DNA of 64,000 nt from Alphaproteobacteria bacterium (GTDB lineage: Bacteria > Pseudomonadota > Alphaproteobacteria > RF32 > CAG-239). Below are positions 48,411 through 57,235 of the stretch, piece by piece; position 1 is the first letter of the stretch; each line of letters starts with the position of its first letter. Both the position numbers and the translations under genes were made by a program. The stretch covers positions 954-64,953 of the forward strand of contig JAFUYI010000009.1 in assembly GCA_017470585.1 (NCBI GenBank), in the 5' to 3' direction. The notes beneath the pieces are model-generated. The model ran no database searches, was not told the DNA's origin, and saw nothing but the letters and a program-made list of their open reading frames with translations.

Positions 48411-48951
48411 ATTATACATATTGCTGCCGGTGTTTCTACTTTGTGCCTGCGGATTTGAACCGCTTTACGTTGAGAAAAAGCACGATAACCCTTGGTATTT
48501 CAAAGGAGAGTTTGACACTTCCATAACTCAAGAAATGGCAAAAGTAAAAATTGAACCGATAAGAGATCGTTTCGGACAACTTTTGCGCAACAATCTCATT
48601 GATTTAATTTCCCCCAAGGGACAGCCTAAAAACCCGAAATATCGCTTATTCGTGAAATTAGACAGCAAAACCGAAACCAATCAGGCACTGCGTTCGGATA
48701 TTACGGCAACCCGCAAAATGGTAAAATACAAAGTATCTTATTATATGCTTGCCGATAACGAAAAAGTGCTTAACAGTGACAGTGTTTCCTATTCCAGCTA
48801 CGACATTTTAGCCAATCCTTACTCAACCACAATCGCCAAGAAAAAAGGCGATGAGGATGCTGCCAAAATTATTGCCAATGACATATCGCTGCGTTTGGGG
48901 GCATATTTTCACAGCATTGCGACGAATCGGGAAGAAATAAATGATTTTTAA
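48400..48951 (+). CDS. lptE: LPS-assembly lipoprotein LptE-like
   Basis: 183 aa lipoprotein (lipobox LLCAC) in the conserved leuS-lptE-holA position; overlaps the leuS stop. Confidence 0.55.
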   Translation: MLRKLYILLPVFLLCACGFEPLYVEKKHDNPWYFKGEFDTSITQEMAKVKIEPIRDRFGQLLRNNLIDLISPKGQPKNPKYRLFVKLDSKTETNQALRSDITATRKMVKYKVSYYMLADNEKVLNSDSVSYSSYDILANPYSTTIAKKKGDEDAAKIIANDISLRLGAYFHSIATNREEINDF

Positions 48952-49948
48952 ATCGGTGCAGATTGAAAATTATATCAAAAAACCGGATGATAAAATCAAG
49001 GCGTTTCTGGTATATGGCAGTAATGACGGTCTTATTACGGATACGGTCAAAAGAATTGCCCGCTCGGTCTGCCCTAACCTTGATGATGCTTTTCAAGTTT
49101 CAGAGTTATCGGGCGAAGACATAGCTGCCGATTTCGGAAAATTATACGGCGAGTTCAACGGGCAATCCTTGATGGGCGGGCGGCGTGTGATTATGGTAAG
49201 CGATGCCTCCAATCAGATGACTAAAGAGCTTCGCAAAATGCTTGATGAAACCCGCGCCGATAATCTGTTGATTTTATATGCCGATGATTTAAACAAAAAA
49301 TCTTCGCTGGTAAAATTGGCGGAAGAGGCTCCCGATATGGGGTGCATTGCCTGCTATGAGGACAAAAACGAAGATATTTACAATCGCTTAAAAACTTTAG
49401 ACTTAACATTTGAGCCGCAAGCAATAGAGCTTTTATGCGCAAGACTATCCGGCGACAGGATGATAAATTTAAGCGAGCTTGAAAAGCTCAAAACCTATAT
49501 GGGAGAAGCCAAAAACGTCACAAAAGAAATCGTTGCCAAGGTTATAAGCGATCAAGCCGATTGCAGTACCGATGATATTTGCTATGCCGTCATGGAAGGC
49601 AACCGCGCCAAAGCCGAGGTATTATATCAAAGATACATAACCGAGGGAAACGAGCCGGTTTTGATTATCCGCGCTTTAAGTTACCATGTGATGAAATTAT
49701 TAAACTGCCTTGCGGGAATTGAGGCGGGCGAAACTATGGATAAAGCCTTGAAAAGATTGTTGCCGCCGTTGATTTTTTACCGTGTCGAGCCGTTTAAGCA
49801 ACAACTGCGGATGTGGAACAGAGAAAAAATCCTACGCGTGTTGAGTTTATTGCATGATGCCGAAAAAGACTGCAAAACAACCAATATGCCGACAAAAGAA
49901 ATTGTTGATATGACATTGATGAAAATAGCCGGAGCGGCAAGGCGATAG
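48941..49948 (+). CDS. holA: DNA polymerase III subunit delta
   Basis: 335 aa; conserved position after leuS-lptE; N-terminal clamp-loader-like domain (...AFLVYGSNDGLITDTVKRI...). Family assignment is partly positional. Confidence 0.65.
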   Translation: MIFKSVQIENYIKKPDDKIKAFLVYGSNDGLITDTVKRIARSVCPNLDDAFQVSELSGEDIAADFGKLYGEFNGQSLMGGRRVIMVSDASNQMTKELRKMLDETRADNLLILYADDLNKKSSLVKLAEEAPDMGCIACYEDKNEDIYNRLKTLDLTFEPQAIELLCARLSGDRMINLSELEKLKTYMGEAKNVTKEIVAKVISDQADCSTDDICYAVMEGNRAKAEVLYQRYITEGNEPVLIIRALSYHVMKLLNCLAGIEAGETMDKALKRLLPPLIFYRVEPFKQQLRMWNREKILRVLSLLHDAEKDCKTTNMPTKEIVDMTLMKIAGAARR

Positions 49949-49952
49949 GCAA

Positions 49953-50654
49953 ATGTACAGCGAAAAATTCCAAAAATTTATTGAGATGTGGCAGAAAGAT
50001 TTTGCTTTTGAAAAAAGCTTGGATGAAAAAATCTGCCGCGATCGTGACGGCAATCCCATCCCTTGGTACACCTATCCGGCAATAGAATATTTGGCACAAT
50101 TTGATTACGCAGACAAAAAAGTTTTTGAGTTCGGGTGCGGATATTCCTCGGCATTTTGGGCGGAACGCGCTCAAAGAGTGGTCAGTATTGAAGATAAAAC
50201 CGAATGGTTAAAAAAATGGCAAAAAGAATTTAATTATCAAAATCTTGATATTCGTTTCCGCGACGAGGGCGAAGAATATGAAAACGCGATTTTTAGCGAT
50301 AATGATAAATATGATGTCATCATCGTTGACGGCAAAAGACGGGAACAATGCACCGCCGCGGCAGTAAAAGCCCTGAAAGACGGCGGGATGATAATTTTGG
50401 ATGACAGCGACCGTATAAATACCAGCCAAGAGTATAAGAAAGCGGTTTCAACATTAAAGCAAGCCGGACTTTTGCAAGTGGATTTCTACGGGTTTTGCCC
50501 GATGAATTGCTATACTAAAACCACTTCTTTATTTTTGAGCCGGAATTTTGATTTCAAATCAAAATATGAGGTTCAACCGATTAACGGCTGGGGCAATTTG
50601 TGGTCAATGCAGAGAAAGACACGCAAAGAGTTTTTTAAGAAACTGGAGGCTTAA
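49953..50654 (+). CDS. Putative class I SAM-dependent methyltransferase-like protein
   Basis: 233 aa; VFEFGCGYSSAFWA (motif I-like) and DVIIVDG (motif II-like acidic loop). Weak. Confidence 0.35.
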   Translation: MYSEKFQKFIEMWQKDFAFEKSLDEKICRDRDGNPIPWYTYPAIEYLAQFDYADKKVFEFGCGYSSAFWAERAQRVVSIEDKTEWLKKWQKEFNYQNLDIRFRDEGEEYENAIFSDNDKYDVIIVDGKRREQCTAAAVKALKDGGMIILDDSDRINTSQEYKKAVSTLKQAGLLQVDFYGFCPMNCYTKTTSLFLSRNFDFKSKYEVQPINGWGNLWSMQRKTRKEFFKKLEA

Positions 50655-50715
50655 ACTCTCCCCTCCGATAAGGTTAATCAAATATGAGATTTTTTAAGTT
50701 TCCTAAACTTTTTGC

Positions 50716-50992
50716 TTGATTTAGAATAAAACTTATGTTATAGTTTATACTGAAGTGAGTGAAAAACCGCTTTGAGGTCTGAAAACCTCGCAATTGACGT
50801 TTATAAAGAAAAACGTAAAAATTCTTCCTGCTATAATGGTCGGAAGGCAAAGAAATAAGAGATACCTCAAATACTTTGCACTGGTTCAATTGTCAGTTTT
50901 CAGCTTCCGACCACCTCGCGGGTTTGAATACCCAAAAGGTGGTTTTCTTTTAATGTTAACAAAAAAAGAAAATTATAAAGGAAGTAAGAAAG
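50716..50992 (+). promoter_or_regulatory. Promoter (-35 TTGATT, 17 bp, -10 TATAGT with upstream TG) plus structured leader of paralog 6
   Basis: P1 AAGTGA/CCGCTT (with U-G wobble), P2 GAGG/CCTC, outer helix ggtcggaag/cttccgacc, P3a GCAAAG/CTTTGC, inner hairpin CTGgttcaattgtCAG, terminator CCACCTcgcgggtttgaatacccaaaAGGTGG + ttttctttt (50911-50952). The last ~88 nt are identical to the paralog 7 leader. Confidence 0.6.
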
Positions 50993-51523
50993 ATGAAAAA
51001 TTATATTTTAATGCTCGGGGTTGCAGGAGTTGCGCTTGGCTCATATTGCGCCTGCGCGGGCAACTCGGCGACAATGACCGTTACCGCCACAATCGCGCAT
51101 GATGTGAGTTTGACCAAAACCGGTGATTTAGACCTTGGCACAATCACCATCAACCCAGCGTATGAGGAAAGCGATACATATTGGAGTTACGGCTATTCGG
51201 GGATAGTCAATTATGAAGGAGCAGTCATTTCTGCCTCCAATGCGACCCTCGGTACTTTTACCGCCAATATCTCCAATCCTTCCGCTTGCAGTAATGCATA
51301 TGAATCTTGCGGAGGTTTGATGGTTTCCGGAAATAACGGAGAGACTATTGACAACTTCTTTGGAGGGAGCGATAATAGCAATTATTGCCAATTTTTTATT
51401 AAGTACAGCGGAGCAGATAATAACTTTAAGGTGTTTCCTAATGAATGTGGTATATATGATGTTTCCAAAGTCACCACCGGCGAACACTCCGGCACTTTGA
51501 CTATATCTTATAATCCTGAATAA
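50993..51523 (+). CDS. Secreted beta-rich protein, paralog 6
   Basis: 176 aa; prototype of the family: signal peptide, NSATMTVTATIAHDVSLTKTGDLDLGTITINPA, GTFTANISNPSACSNAYESCGGL, NYCQFFIKYSG, NFKVFPNECGIYDVSKVTTGEHSGTLTISYNPE. Confidence 0.8.
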   Translation: MKNYILMLGVAGVALGSYCACAGNSATMTVTATIAHDVSLTKTGDLDLGTITINPAYEESDTYWSYGYSGIVNYEGAVISASNATLGTFTANISNPSACSNAYESCGGLMVSGNNGETIDNFFGGSDNSNYCQFFIKYSGADNNFKVFPNECGIYDVSKVTTGEHSGTLTISYNPE

Positions 51524-51540
51524 CAAATTAAAAACGAATC

Positions 51541-51580
51541 GGGCGGAGGGGAAATTTTGTTCTCCGCCCGAAGTTTATTT
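51541..51580 (+). terminator. Rho-independent terminator after paralog 6
   Basis: gggcggaggggaaattttgttctccgcccg + aagtttatttt. Confidence 0.6.
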
Positions 51581-51710
51581 TATTAAGCAAGAAAATTAAC
51601 CTTTTTACCGCCTAATTTTTCCCAAATATCGCCTCCGTAATTAAAAAAAATTTATGTAATTTTAATTTTTATTATGTTATAAAATAATTGTTTTGAAAAA
51701 AGGCTGATTT

Positions 51711-52823
51711 ATGGAAAAAGATCCCTTCAAAGAATATCTTCGCCAATCCGAACCCGGCAAGCGTGATAAGAGTTATGCTTGGAATACCGCTATCGGTTTG
51801 CAAGATGTTGATGGACTAAAGACTTCGGAATACTTAAAAGATACCGCAATCAAAAATATTGAAGGTGACATTACCATTGATGAAGCGCAAACACTGCTTA
51901 ACACCTATTATAAAGAAAACAATCAAAAAAACAAAAAAGACCGAACCGAAGAAGCCGATAAAGTTTCCCTCCGAATTGCAAAGATTTTATCGGAAAAGGC
52001 TTTCAGTTTTTCTGCAAATGAGTATATTTCCATTCATAAGAAACTGTTTGACGGTATCTATGATTATGCTGGCCGCTTTCGCGATTATAATATTACCAAA
52101 AAAGAATGGGTATTAGACGGAGATACCGTTATTTATGGAACAGCCACTGAATTAAAAGCTACATTGGACTACGATATTTCGCAGGAAAAGAAATTTAATT
52201 ATAAAGGTCTGTCCCCTCAAGAGATTATACATCATTTGGCTTTGTTTATTTCCGGATTGTGGCAAATTCATGCTTTTGGCGAAGGCAACACCAGAACAAC
52301 CGCAGTATTTTTTATCAAATACTTGCGAACTCTGGGTTTTGATGTCACAAATGATATTTTTGCTCATAATTCATGGTATTTCAGAAATGCGCTTGTTCGG
52401 GCAAATTATACCGATTTAACAAGAAATATTCATTCAACCACGGAATATTTAGAGTTGTTTTTAGAAAATCTGTTGTTGGGCAAGAATCACAAACTGCTTA
52501 ACCGAATGATGCATATAAGTCATATATTGGATAGAAAAGTAGATATTGAAGCTTCAAAAGTAGATATTCGGGCTTCAAAAGTAGATATTGAATATCTATG
52601 TCGCGAAAGATTACCGAACATCACAACCAAATCTATCCGGCATATTTTGAAGATTTATGAGACATGTAGTAACACCCGACATTTTGGTCGCAGTGAGATT
52701 ATTGAAATCACAAATCTCAAACCCGCTATGGCTTCAAGGCTACTCAAACTTCTTTTAGACAATGGAATCATTAGGCCTATACAGGGCAAAGGTAAAGGTA
52801 AATATATTTTTGCCATTGGATAA
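51711..52823 (+). CDS. Fic/DOC family protein with non-canonical active-site motif and C-terminal wHTH
   Basis: 370 aa; Fic motif region IHAFGEGNTRTTAVF (canonical HPFx[DE]GNGRxxR is degenerate here). A short tandem peptide repeat SKVDIEASKVDIRASKVDIE lies near the C-terminus. Confidence 0.65.
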   Translation: MEKDPFKEYLRQSEPGKRDKSYAWNTAIGLQDVDGLKTSEYLKDTAIKNIEGDITIDEAQTLLNTYYKENNQKNKKDRTEEADKVSLRIAKILSEKAFSFSANEYISIHKKLFDGIYDYAGRFRDYNITKKEWVLDGDTVIYGTATELKATLDYDISQEKKFNYKGLSPQEIIHHLALFISGLWQIHAFGEGNTRTTAVFFIKYLRTLGFDVTNDIFAHNSWYFRNALVRANYTDLTRNIHSTTEYLELFLENLLLGKNHKLLNRMMHISHILDRKVDIEASKVDIRASKVDIEYLCRERLPNITTKSIRHILKIYETCSNTRHFGRSEIIEITNLKPAMASRLLKLLLDNGIIRPIQGKGKGKYIFAIG

Positions 52824-52912
52824 TTTTCGCCATAAACAGACCATCAAAATTGCGGAATGATAACGAAAAAGAACAAAAAACTTAAATTTTTTTTGTAATA
52901 TAAACTTTTTGC

Positions 52913-53188
52913 TTGATTTCGAGTAAAATTTATGTTATAGCTTATACTGAAATGAATAAAAAGTCATTTTGGGGTGTAGGAACCTTTTGTAAAGCGTCAG
53001 CAAAGACGTAAAATTTGCTTTCAGCCGTTGCTATGGTTGGAAGGTGTGGAAATAAGGTTTAGCCGAATACCACGCACTGTACTTTACAACAGTTCCTAAC
53101 TTCCGACCACCTCGCGGGTTTGAATACCCAAAAGGTGGTTTTCTTTTAATGTTAACAAAAAAAGAAAATTATAAAGGAAGTAAAGAAT
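52913..53188 (+). promoter_or_regulatory. Promoter (-35 TTGATT, 17 bp, -10 TATAGC) plus structured leader of paralog 7
   Basis: P1 AAATGA/TCATTT (compensatory relative to AAGTGA/TCACTT), P2 GGGG/CCTT (wobbles), outer helix ggttggaag/cttccgacc, P3a GTGTGG/CCACGCAC, inner hairpin CTGTacttta...cAACAG, terminator CCACCT...AGGTGG + ttttctttt. Confidence 0.6.
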
Positions 53189-53734
53189 ATGAAAAAATAT
53201 ATTTTAATGCTCGGCGTTGCAGGGGTTGCACTTGGTTCTTATTGTGCAATGGCCTCCAATTCTGCCACAATGACCGTTACCGCAACAATAGCCCACGATG
53301 TGAGTTTGAGTGTTACTCAAGATATAGATATGGGAACAATCACTGTCAATCCGGCTGTAACAGATAATACGAAATGGTCTTATAACGAAACCGGTGAACT
53401 TTATAATACTGATGGTATAGGCATCATTTCCGCAGATAATGTTACAGCCGGCATTTTTAGTGCTAACATTGCTAATCCCTCTGCTTGCAATAAGGCATAT
53501 CGTGAATGCGGAGGATTGAGCGTTACCGGAAATACTGTATTCGAAGGCAGAACTTGGTCATCTATTAGTAATCTCTTTGGCGAAAACAATGATAACGGTT
53601 GCGATTTTTTTATTCAGTACAGCGGAACAGAAAACACTTTTAAGGTTTTCCCTTATTCTTGTGGAGCAACTATGTCCACCACTACCATCGGTTCGCATTC
53701 TGGAACTTTAACTATCAGCTACAATCCGGAATAA
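53189..53734 (+). CDS. Secreted beta-rich protein, paralog 7
   Basis: 181 aa; conserved termini and four Cys; variable centre. Confidence 0.8.
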   Translation: MKKYILMLGVAGVALGSYCAMASNSATMTVTATIAHDVSLSVTQDIDMGTITVNPAVTDNTKWSYNETGELYNTDGIGIISADNVTAGIFSANIANPSACNKAYRECGGLSVTGNTVFEGRTWSSISNLFGENNDNGCDFFIQYSGTENTFKVFPYSCGATMSTTTIGSHSGTLTISYNPE

Positions 53735-53754
53735 TAAAACCTCAAATACCTATA

Positions 53755-53789
53755 AAAAGCGTTTTCTTCTGTGGGGAAAACGCTTTTTT
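53755..53789 (+). terminator. Rho-independent terminator after paralog 7
   Basis: aaaagcgttttcttctgtggggaaaacgctttttt. Confidence 0.65.
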
Positions 53790-53838
53790 GGTTGCGGAGG
53801 AAAAAGATTTTTTTTATATTGTCGGCAGAGGATGAAAA

Positions 53839-55143
53839 ATGATTGAGAATATTCCGGAGTTCAGTGTTACGGAAATATCGGCCGCCATTAAAAAGACGGT
53901 TGAGACGATGTTTGCCAGAGTCCGCATTAAAGGCGAGATTTTCGGTTGCAAACGTGCCGACTCGGGGCATTATTATCTTGCCCTAAAAGATGAAAACGCG
54001 ATGATCTCCGCCGTTTGTTGGCGTGGTGTTGCCGCCAAATTCGGGGTTAAACCCGAAGATGGTTTAGAGGTAATCGCCACCGGCAAAATTACCACTTTTG
54101 CCGGCAAAAGTTCCTATCAGCTGGTGATTGAGGATATGGAAATTGCCGGCACCGGCGCGCTGTTAAAACTATTGGAAGAACGCAAATTGCGTTTTGCCAA
54201 TGAGGGATTATTTGATCCCTTGCATAAAAAGCCAATCCCCTATCTGCCCCGTGTCATCGGCGTTGTTACCAGTCCGACCGGAGCCGTCATCCGCGATATT
54301 ATCCATCGGGTAAGCGACAGATTTCCCTGTCGGATTATCGTTTGGCCTACCTTGGTGCAGGGTGACGGTGCCGCCGAGCAGATCGGAGAGGCCATAAAAG
54401 GCTTTAACAGCTTAAAAGAAAACTCTTCTATTCCCCGGCCTGATGTTTTGATTGTGGCACGAGGCGGAGGAAGTTTAGAGGATTTATGGTGTTTTAACGA
54501 GGAAGTTGTAGTCCGTGCCGTCTATGATTCAAAAATACCTATCATCTCGGCAGTCGGACATGAAACCGACACCATGCTTATAGACTACGCCGCCGATGTG
54601 AGAGCACCGACACCGACAGGAGCCGCCGAATTTGCCGTTCCCGTAAAATCGGAATTGCAAGCCAAGATGTTGCTTGCCTCTCCGCGGATGATAAACGCAG
54701 TTTTCCGCCTTTATAACGAAAACAAAAACGTTCTTGAGGGATTGGCGCGCGGTATTCCCGATTTGGAGCAGATTTTGGGCGATAATATCCAAAAATTCGA
54801 TCAGCAAACCGAACGTTTGGAGTTGGCTTTCAAAAATTATCTGACCTTAAAAAACAATGCGCTCGTTTTAAATGAAATTAAACCTTTTTATATTAAAAAC
54901 ACATTGGAACGTTTCTCGCAGGCTTTGGAGTCTTTGTCGGTTCGTTTGCAATCCGTATCCGTGGAAGCAGTATTAAAACGCGGTTTTGCATGGGTTAAAA
55001 ACCAACGCGGACAAACGATTTATAACACCATTGATGCGAAAAAAAGTTCTCTTTTGGCAATAACCTTTGCCGATGGCACAATTAAAACCAGACCGATGGG
55101 AAAAAAGGATGAATTACAAGGCGATTTGTTTGATTTGCTTTAA
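53839..55143 (+). CDS. xseA: Exodeoxyribonuclease VII large subunit
   Basis: 434 aa; N-terminal OB fold (...VRIKGEIFGCKRADSGHYYLALKDENAMISAVCWRG...), catalytic core and helical C-terminus. Confidence 0.9.
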   Translation: MIENIPEFSVTEISAAIKKTVETMFARVRIKGEIFGCKRADSGHYYLALKDENAMISAVCWRGVAAKFGVKPEDGLEVIATGKITTFAGKSSYQLVIEDMEIAGTGALLKLLEERKLRFANEGLFDPLHKKPIPYLPRVIGVVTSPTGAVIRDIIHRVSDRFPCRIIVWPTLVQGDGAAEQIGEAIKGFNSLKENSSIPRPDVLIVARGGGSLEDLWCFNEEVVVRAVYDSKIPIISAVGHETDTMLIDYAADVRAPTPTGAAEFAVPVKSELQAKMLLASPRMINAVFRLYNENKNVLEGLARGIPDLEQILGDNIQKFDQQTERLELAFKNYLTLKNNALVLNEIKPFYIKNTLERFSQALESLSVRLQSVSVEAVLKRGFAWVKNQRGQTIYNTIDAKKSSLLAITFADGTIKTRPMGKKDELQGDLFDLL

Positions 55144-55933
55144 TTTGGCGGTAATTTTTCCGGCATCGGCATTAGAAATTTGCGGCGATATAAAACAGGG
55201 CGAATTACTGGTTTTCAAAGATTTTGCGGACAGTGTCAGCGAATTACGGATTAACTCAAAAAAATACCCGATAACGCAAGACGGCTATGCAATTGCCGCT
55301 ATTTCCCGCGATGAAAAAAAATTGATTATTAAAACCGATGGCAACGCTTTCGAACGCACTTTGGAAGTTGCCCCCACCCGCTGGGATATACAGAAAATCA
55401 ACGGTGTAAATCCCGCCAAAGTAACCCCAGGCAAGGATTTTGCCGATGAGATTGCCCGCGAGCAGAAAGATGTCGCCAAGGCTCTTCAAACCATGCAAAG
55501 AGGTGATTATTGGCGGGAGGGTTTTATTGAACCTCTCAAAGGGCGTATCAGCGGCAATTTCGGCAATCAGCGTATTTTTAACGGTATCAAAAAAAATCCC
55601 CACAGCGGTACGGATATTGCCGCACCGGAGGCAAGCGAGGTTAAGGCTTCCTCTTCGGGAAAAGTCATTTTAAGCGGCAAGAATTATTTTTATACCGGCA
55701 ATATGGTTATCATTGACCACGGACAGGGGCTGCAAACAATTTACGCCCACTTGAAAGAAGCAAAAGTCAATGAGGGCGATGAGGTAAATAAAGGTGATGT
55801 TATCGGACTGGTGGGACATACCGGACGCGCTACGGGACCGCACCTGCATTGGGGTGCCTCACTGAATAATATCCGGTTTCGTCCGCACTCGCTTCTTGAT
55901 ATAAACAATAAAAATTGCAGGAAAATAAAATGA
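55109..55933 (+). CDS. M23 family metallopeptidase (LytM-like)
   Basis: Signal peptide MNYKAICLICFNLAVIFPASA (likely start inside ORF 55067-55933). M23 motifs HSGTDIAA...HTGRATGPHLHWG. Confidence 0.8.
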   Translation: MNYKAICLICFNLAVIFPASALEICGDIKQGELLVFKDFADSVSELRINSKKYPITQDGYAIAAISRDEKKLIIKTDGNAFERTLEVAPTRWDIQKINGVNPAKVTPGKDFADEIAREQKDVAKALQTMQRGDYWREGFIEPLKGRISGNFGNQRIFNGIKKNPHSGTDIAAPEASEVKASSSGKVILSGKNYFYTGNMVIIDHGQGLQTIYAHLKEAKVNEGDEVNKGDVIGLVGHTGRATGPHLHWGASLNNIRFRPHSLLDINNKNCRKIK

Positions 55934-56739
55934 GTTTGTTTCATATTGTAATTTTATCATTGGTTCAAGGTTTAACCGAATTTTTGCCGGTCAGTTCTTC
56001 CGGACACTTGATTTTGCTCTCCAAGTTGAGTTCTTTTCCCGATCAAGGCTTGGAAATGGATATTGCCGTTCATTTCGGCTCCGTTATCGCGGTAATGATT
56101 TATTTTGCCAAAGATATTTGGCGGATTATCAAGGATTTGTTTTCTTCCCGTTTTTTGCCCGATTTTCAAAAATACGGCAACCGTTTATTCTATCTGTTAC
56201 TTATAGGCTCCATACCCGCGGCAATATTCGGTCTTTGGCTTCAAGGTCAGGATATGACTGCTCTTCGTTCCTCTAAAATAATCGGCTGGAATATATTATT
56301 GTTCGGAATTTTGCTTTTTTTCGCCGACAAATACGGCAAAACAGAACGCAAAATTGAAGATATGGGGTATAAAGATGCACTTTTAATCGGTTTAGCGCAA
56401 TGCTTGTCGCTGATCCCCGGAACATCGCGTTCGGGCATTACCATTACAATGAGCCGAATTTTAAAAATCAAACGCCGCGCCGCCGCACAATTTTGTATGT
56501 TGCTGTCTATTCCCACAATTACCGGAGCGGCAATGCTTGTAGGATGGAAGTTATGGCAGGCGGGAACTTTGGATATTGATTTGATAACAAAGGGGGTAAG
56601 TTTTTCGTTTATTGCCTCGATGGCGGCAATCGGAATTATGATGGGATGGCTGAAAATCGGTACATTTATCCCGTTTGTTATTTACCGCATTGTCTTGGGA
56701 GTGGGACTTCTTCTTTACAGTTACGGAATCATCGGCTAA
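55915..56739 (+). CDS. uppP: Undecaprenyl-diphosphate phosphatase
   Basis: 274 aa; BacA/UppP motifs (LVQGLTEFLPVSSSGHL..., PGTSRSG). The start may be at MSLFH (55930). Confidence 0.9.
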   Translation: MQENKMSLFHIVILSLVQGLTEFLPVSSSGHLILLSKLSSFPDQGLEMDIAVHFGSVIAVMIYFAKDIWRIIKDLFSSRFLPDFQKYGNRLFYLLLIGSIPAAIFGLWLQGQDMTALRSSKIIGWNILLFGILLFFADKYGKTERKIEDMGYKDALLIGLAQCLSLIPGTSRSGITITMSRILKIKRRAAAQFCMLLSIPTITGAAMLVGWKLWQAGTLDIDLITKGVSFSFIASMAAIGIMMGWLKIGTFIPFVIYRIVLGVGLLLYSYGIIG

Positions 56740-57188
56740 TACGCCGGATAATCGGTAACAGCGTTATCCTGATTTATTTTTCCTATATAATCAAAATCCT
56801 TTTTCGGATATGATTGCAGATCATAAACCCGATCCCCGCTTTCATAGATTTTGTTTTGAATTTCGTTATTCATTTCCTGCGGGGGCATTTCGCTATCGGA
56901 AGGATTTTGCGGGGAAAACTGATTTATGGCTTGCGGAGATTTTCTTAAATTATTATGCGATGCCGGGACTGCCTCCGGAGGCGGCGTCTGATAATCAACA
57001 ACCGGATAGCCCAAAGGATTGGGGGCATTCAGGGGCTGTTCAATCATAAATTCTTTTTTTGCACCGCTTGGGGTATCGGCTATGCCCAAAACGGTTGTTT
57101 CATCTCCCGATCCTGCTTCGGTTTGCATTAAAACCTCGGCGTGAGCATTAAAAAACATCAAGCATACGATTATAACACAGCGCAGCAT
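56736..57188 (-). CDS. Hypothetical secreted Pro/Gln-rich protein
   Basis: Likely start MLRCVIIVCLMFFNAHAEV (ATG at 57186-57188, RBS aaaggagag) within ORF 56736-57371. No recognised domain. Confidence 0.4.
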   Translation of the reverse strand: MLRCVIIVCLMFFNAHAEVLMQTEAGSGDETTVLGIADTPSGAKKEFMIEQPLNAPNPLGYPVVDYQTPPPEAVPASHNNLRKSPQAINQFSPQNPSDSEMPPQEMNNEIQNKIYESGDRVYDLQSYPKKDFDYIGKINQDNAVTDYPAY

Positions 57189-57235
57189 TTTTTCTCTCCT
57201 TTTTGAAAGAGAATATATGTCGGCAAAATGATTTT

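Noticed and set aside
50911-50952. The CCACCT...AGGTGG + U-run hairpins before each paralog as terminators of the upstream genes
   Set aside because: They lie downstream of each paralog's own promoter and inside the conserved leader; the upstream genes have their own terminators. An attenuator or riboswitch expression platform fits better.
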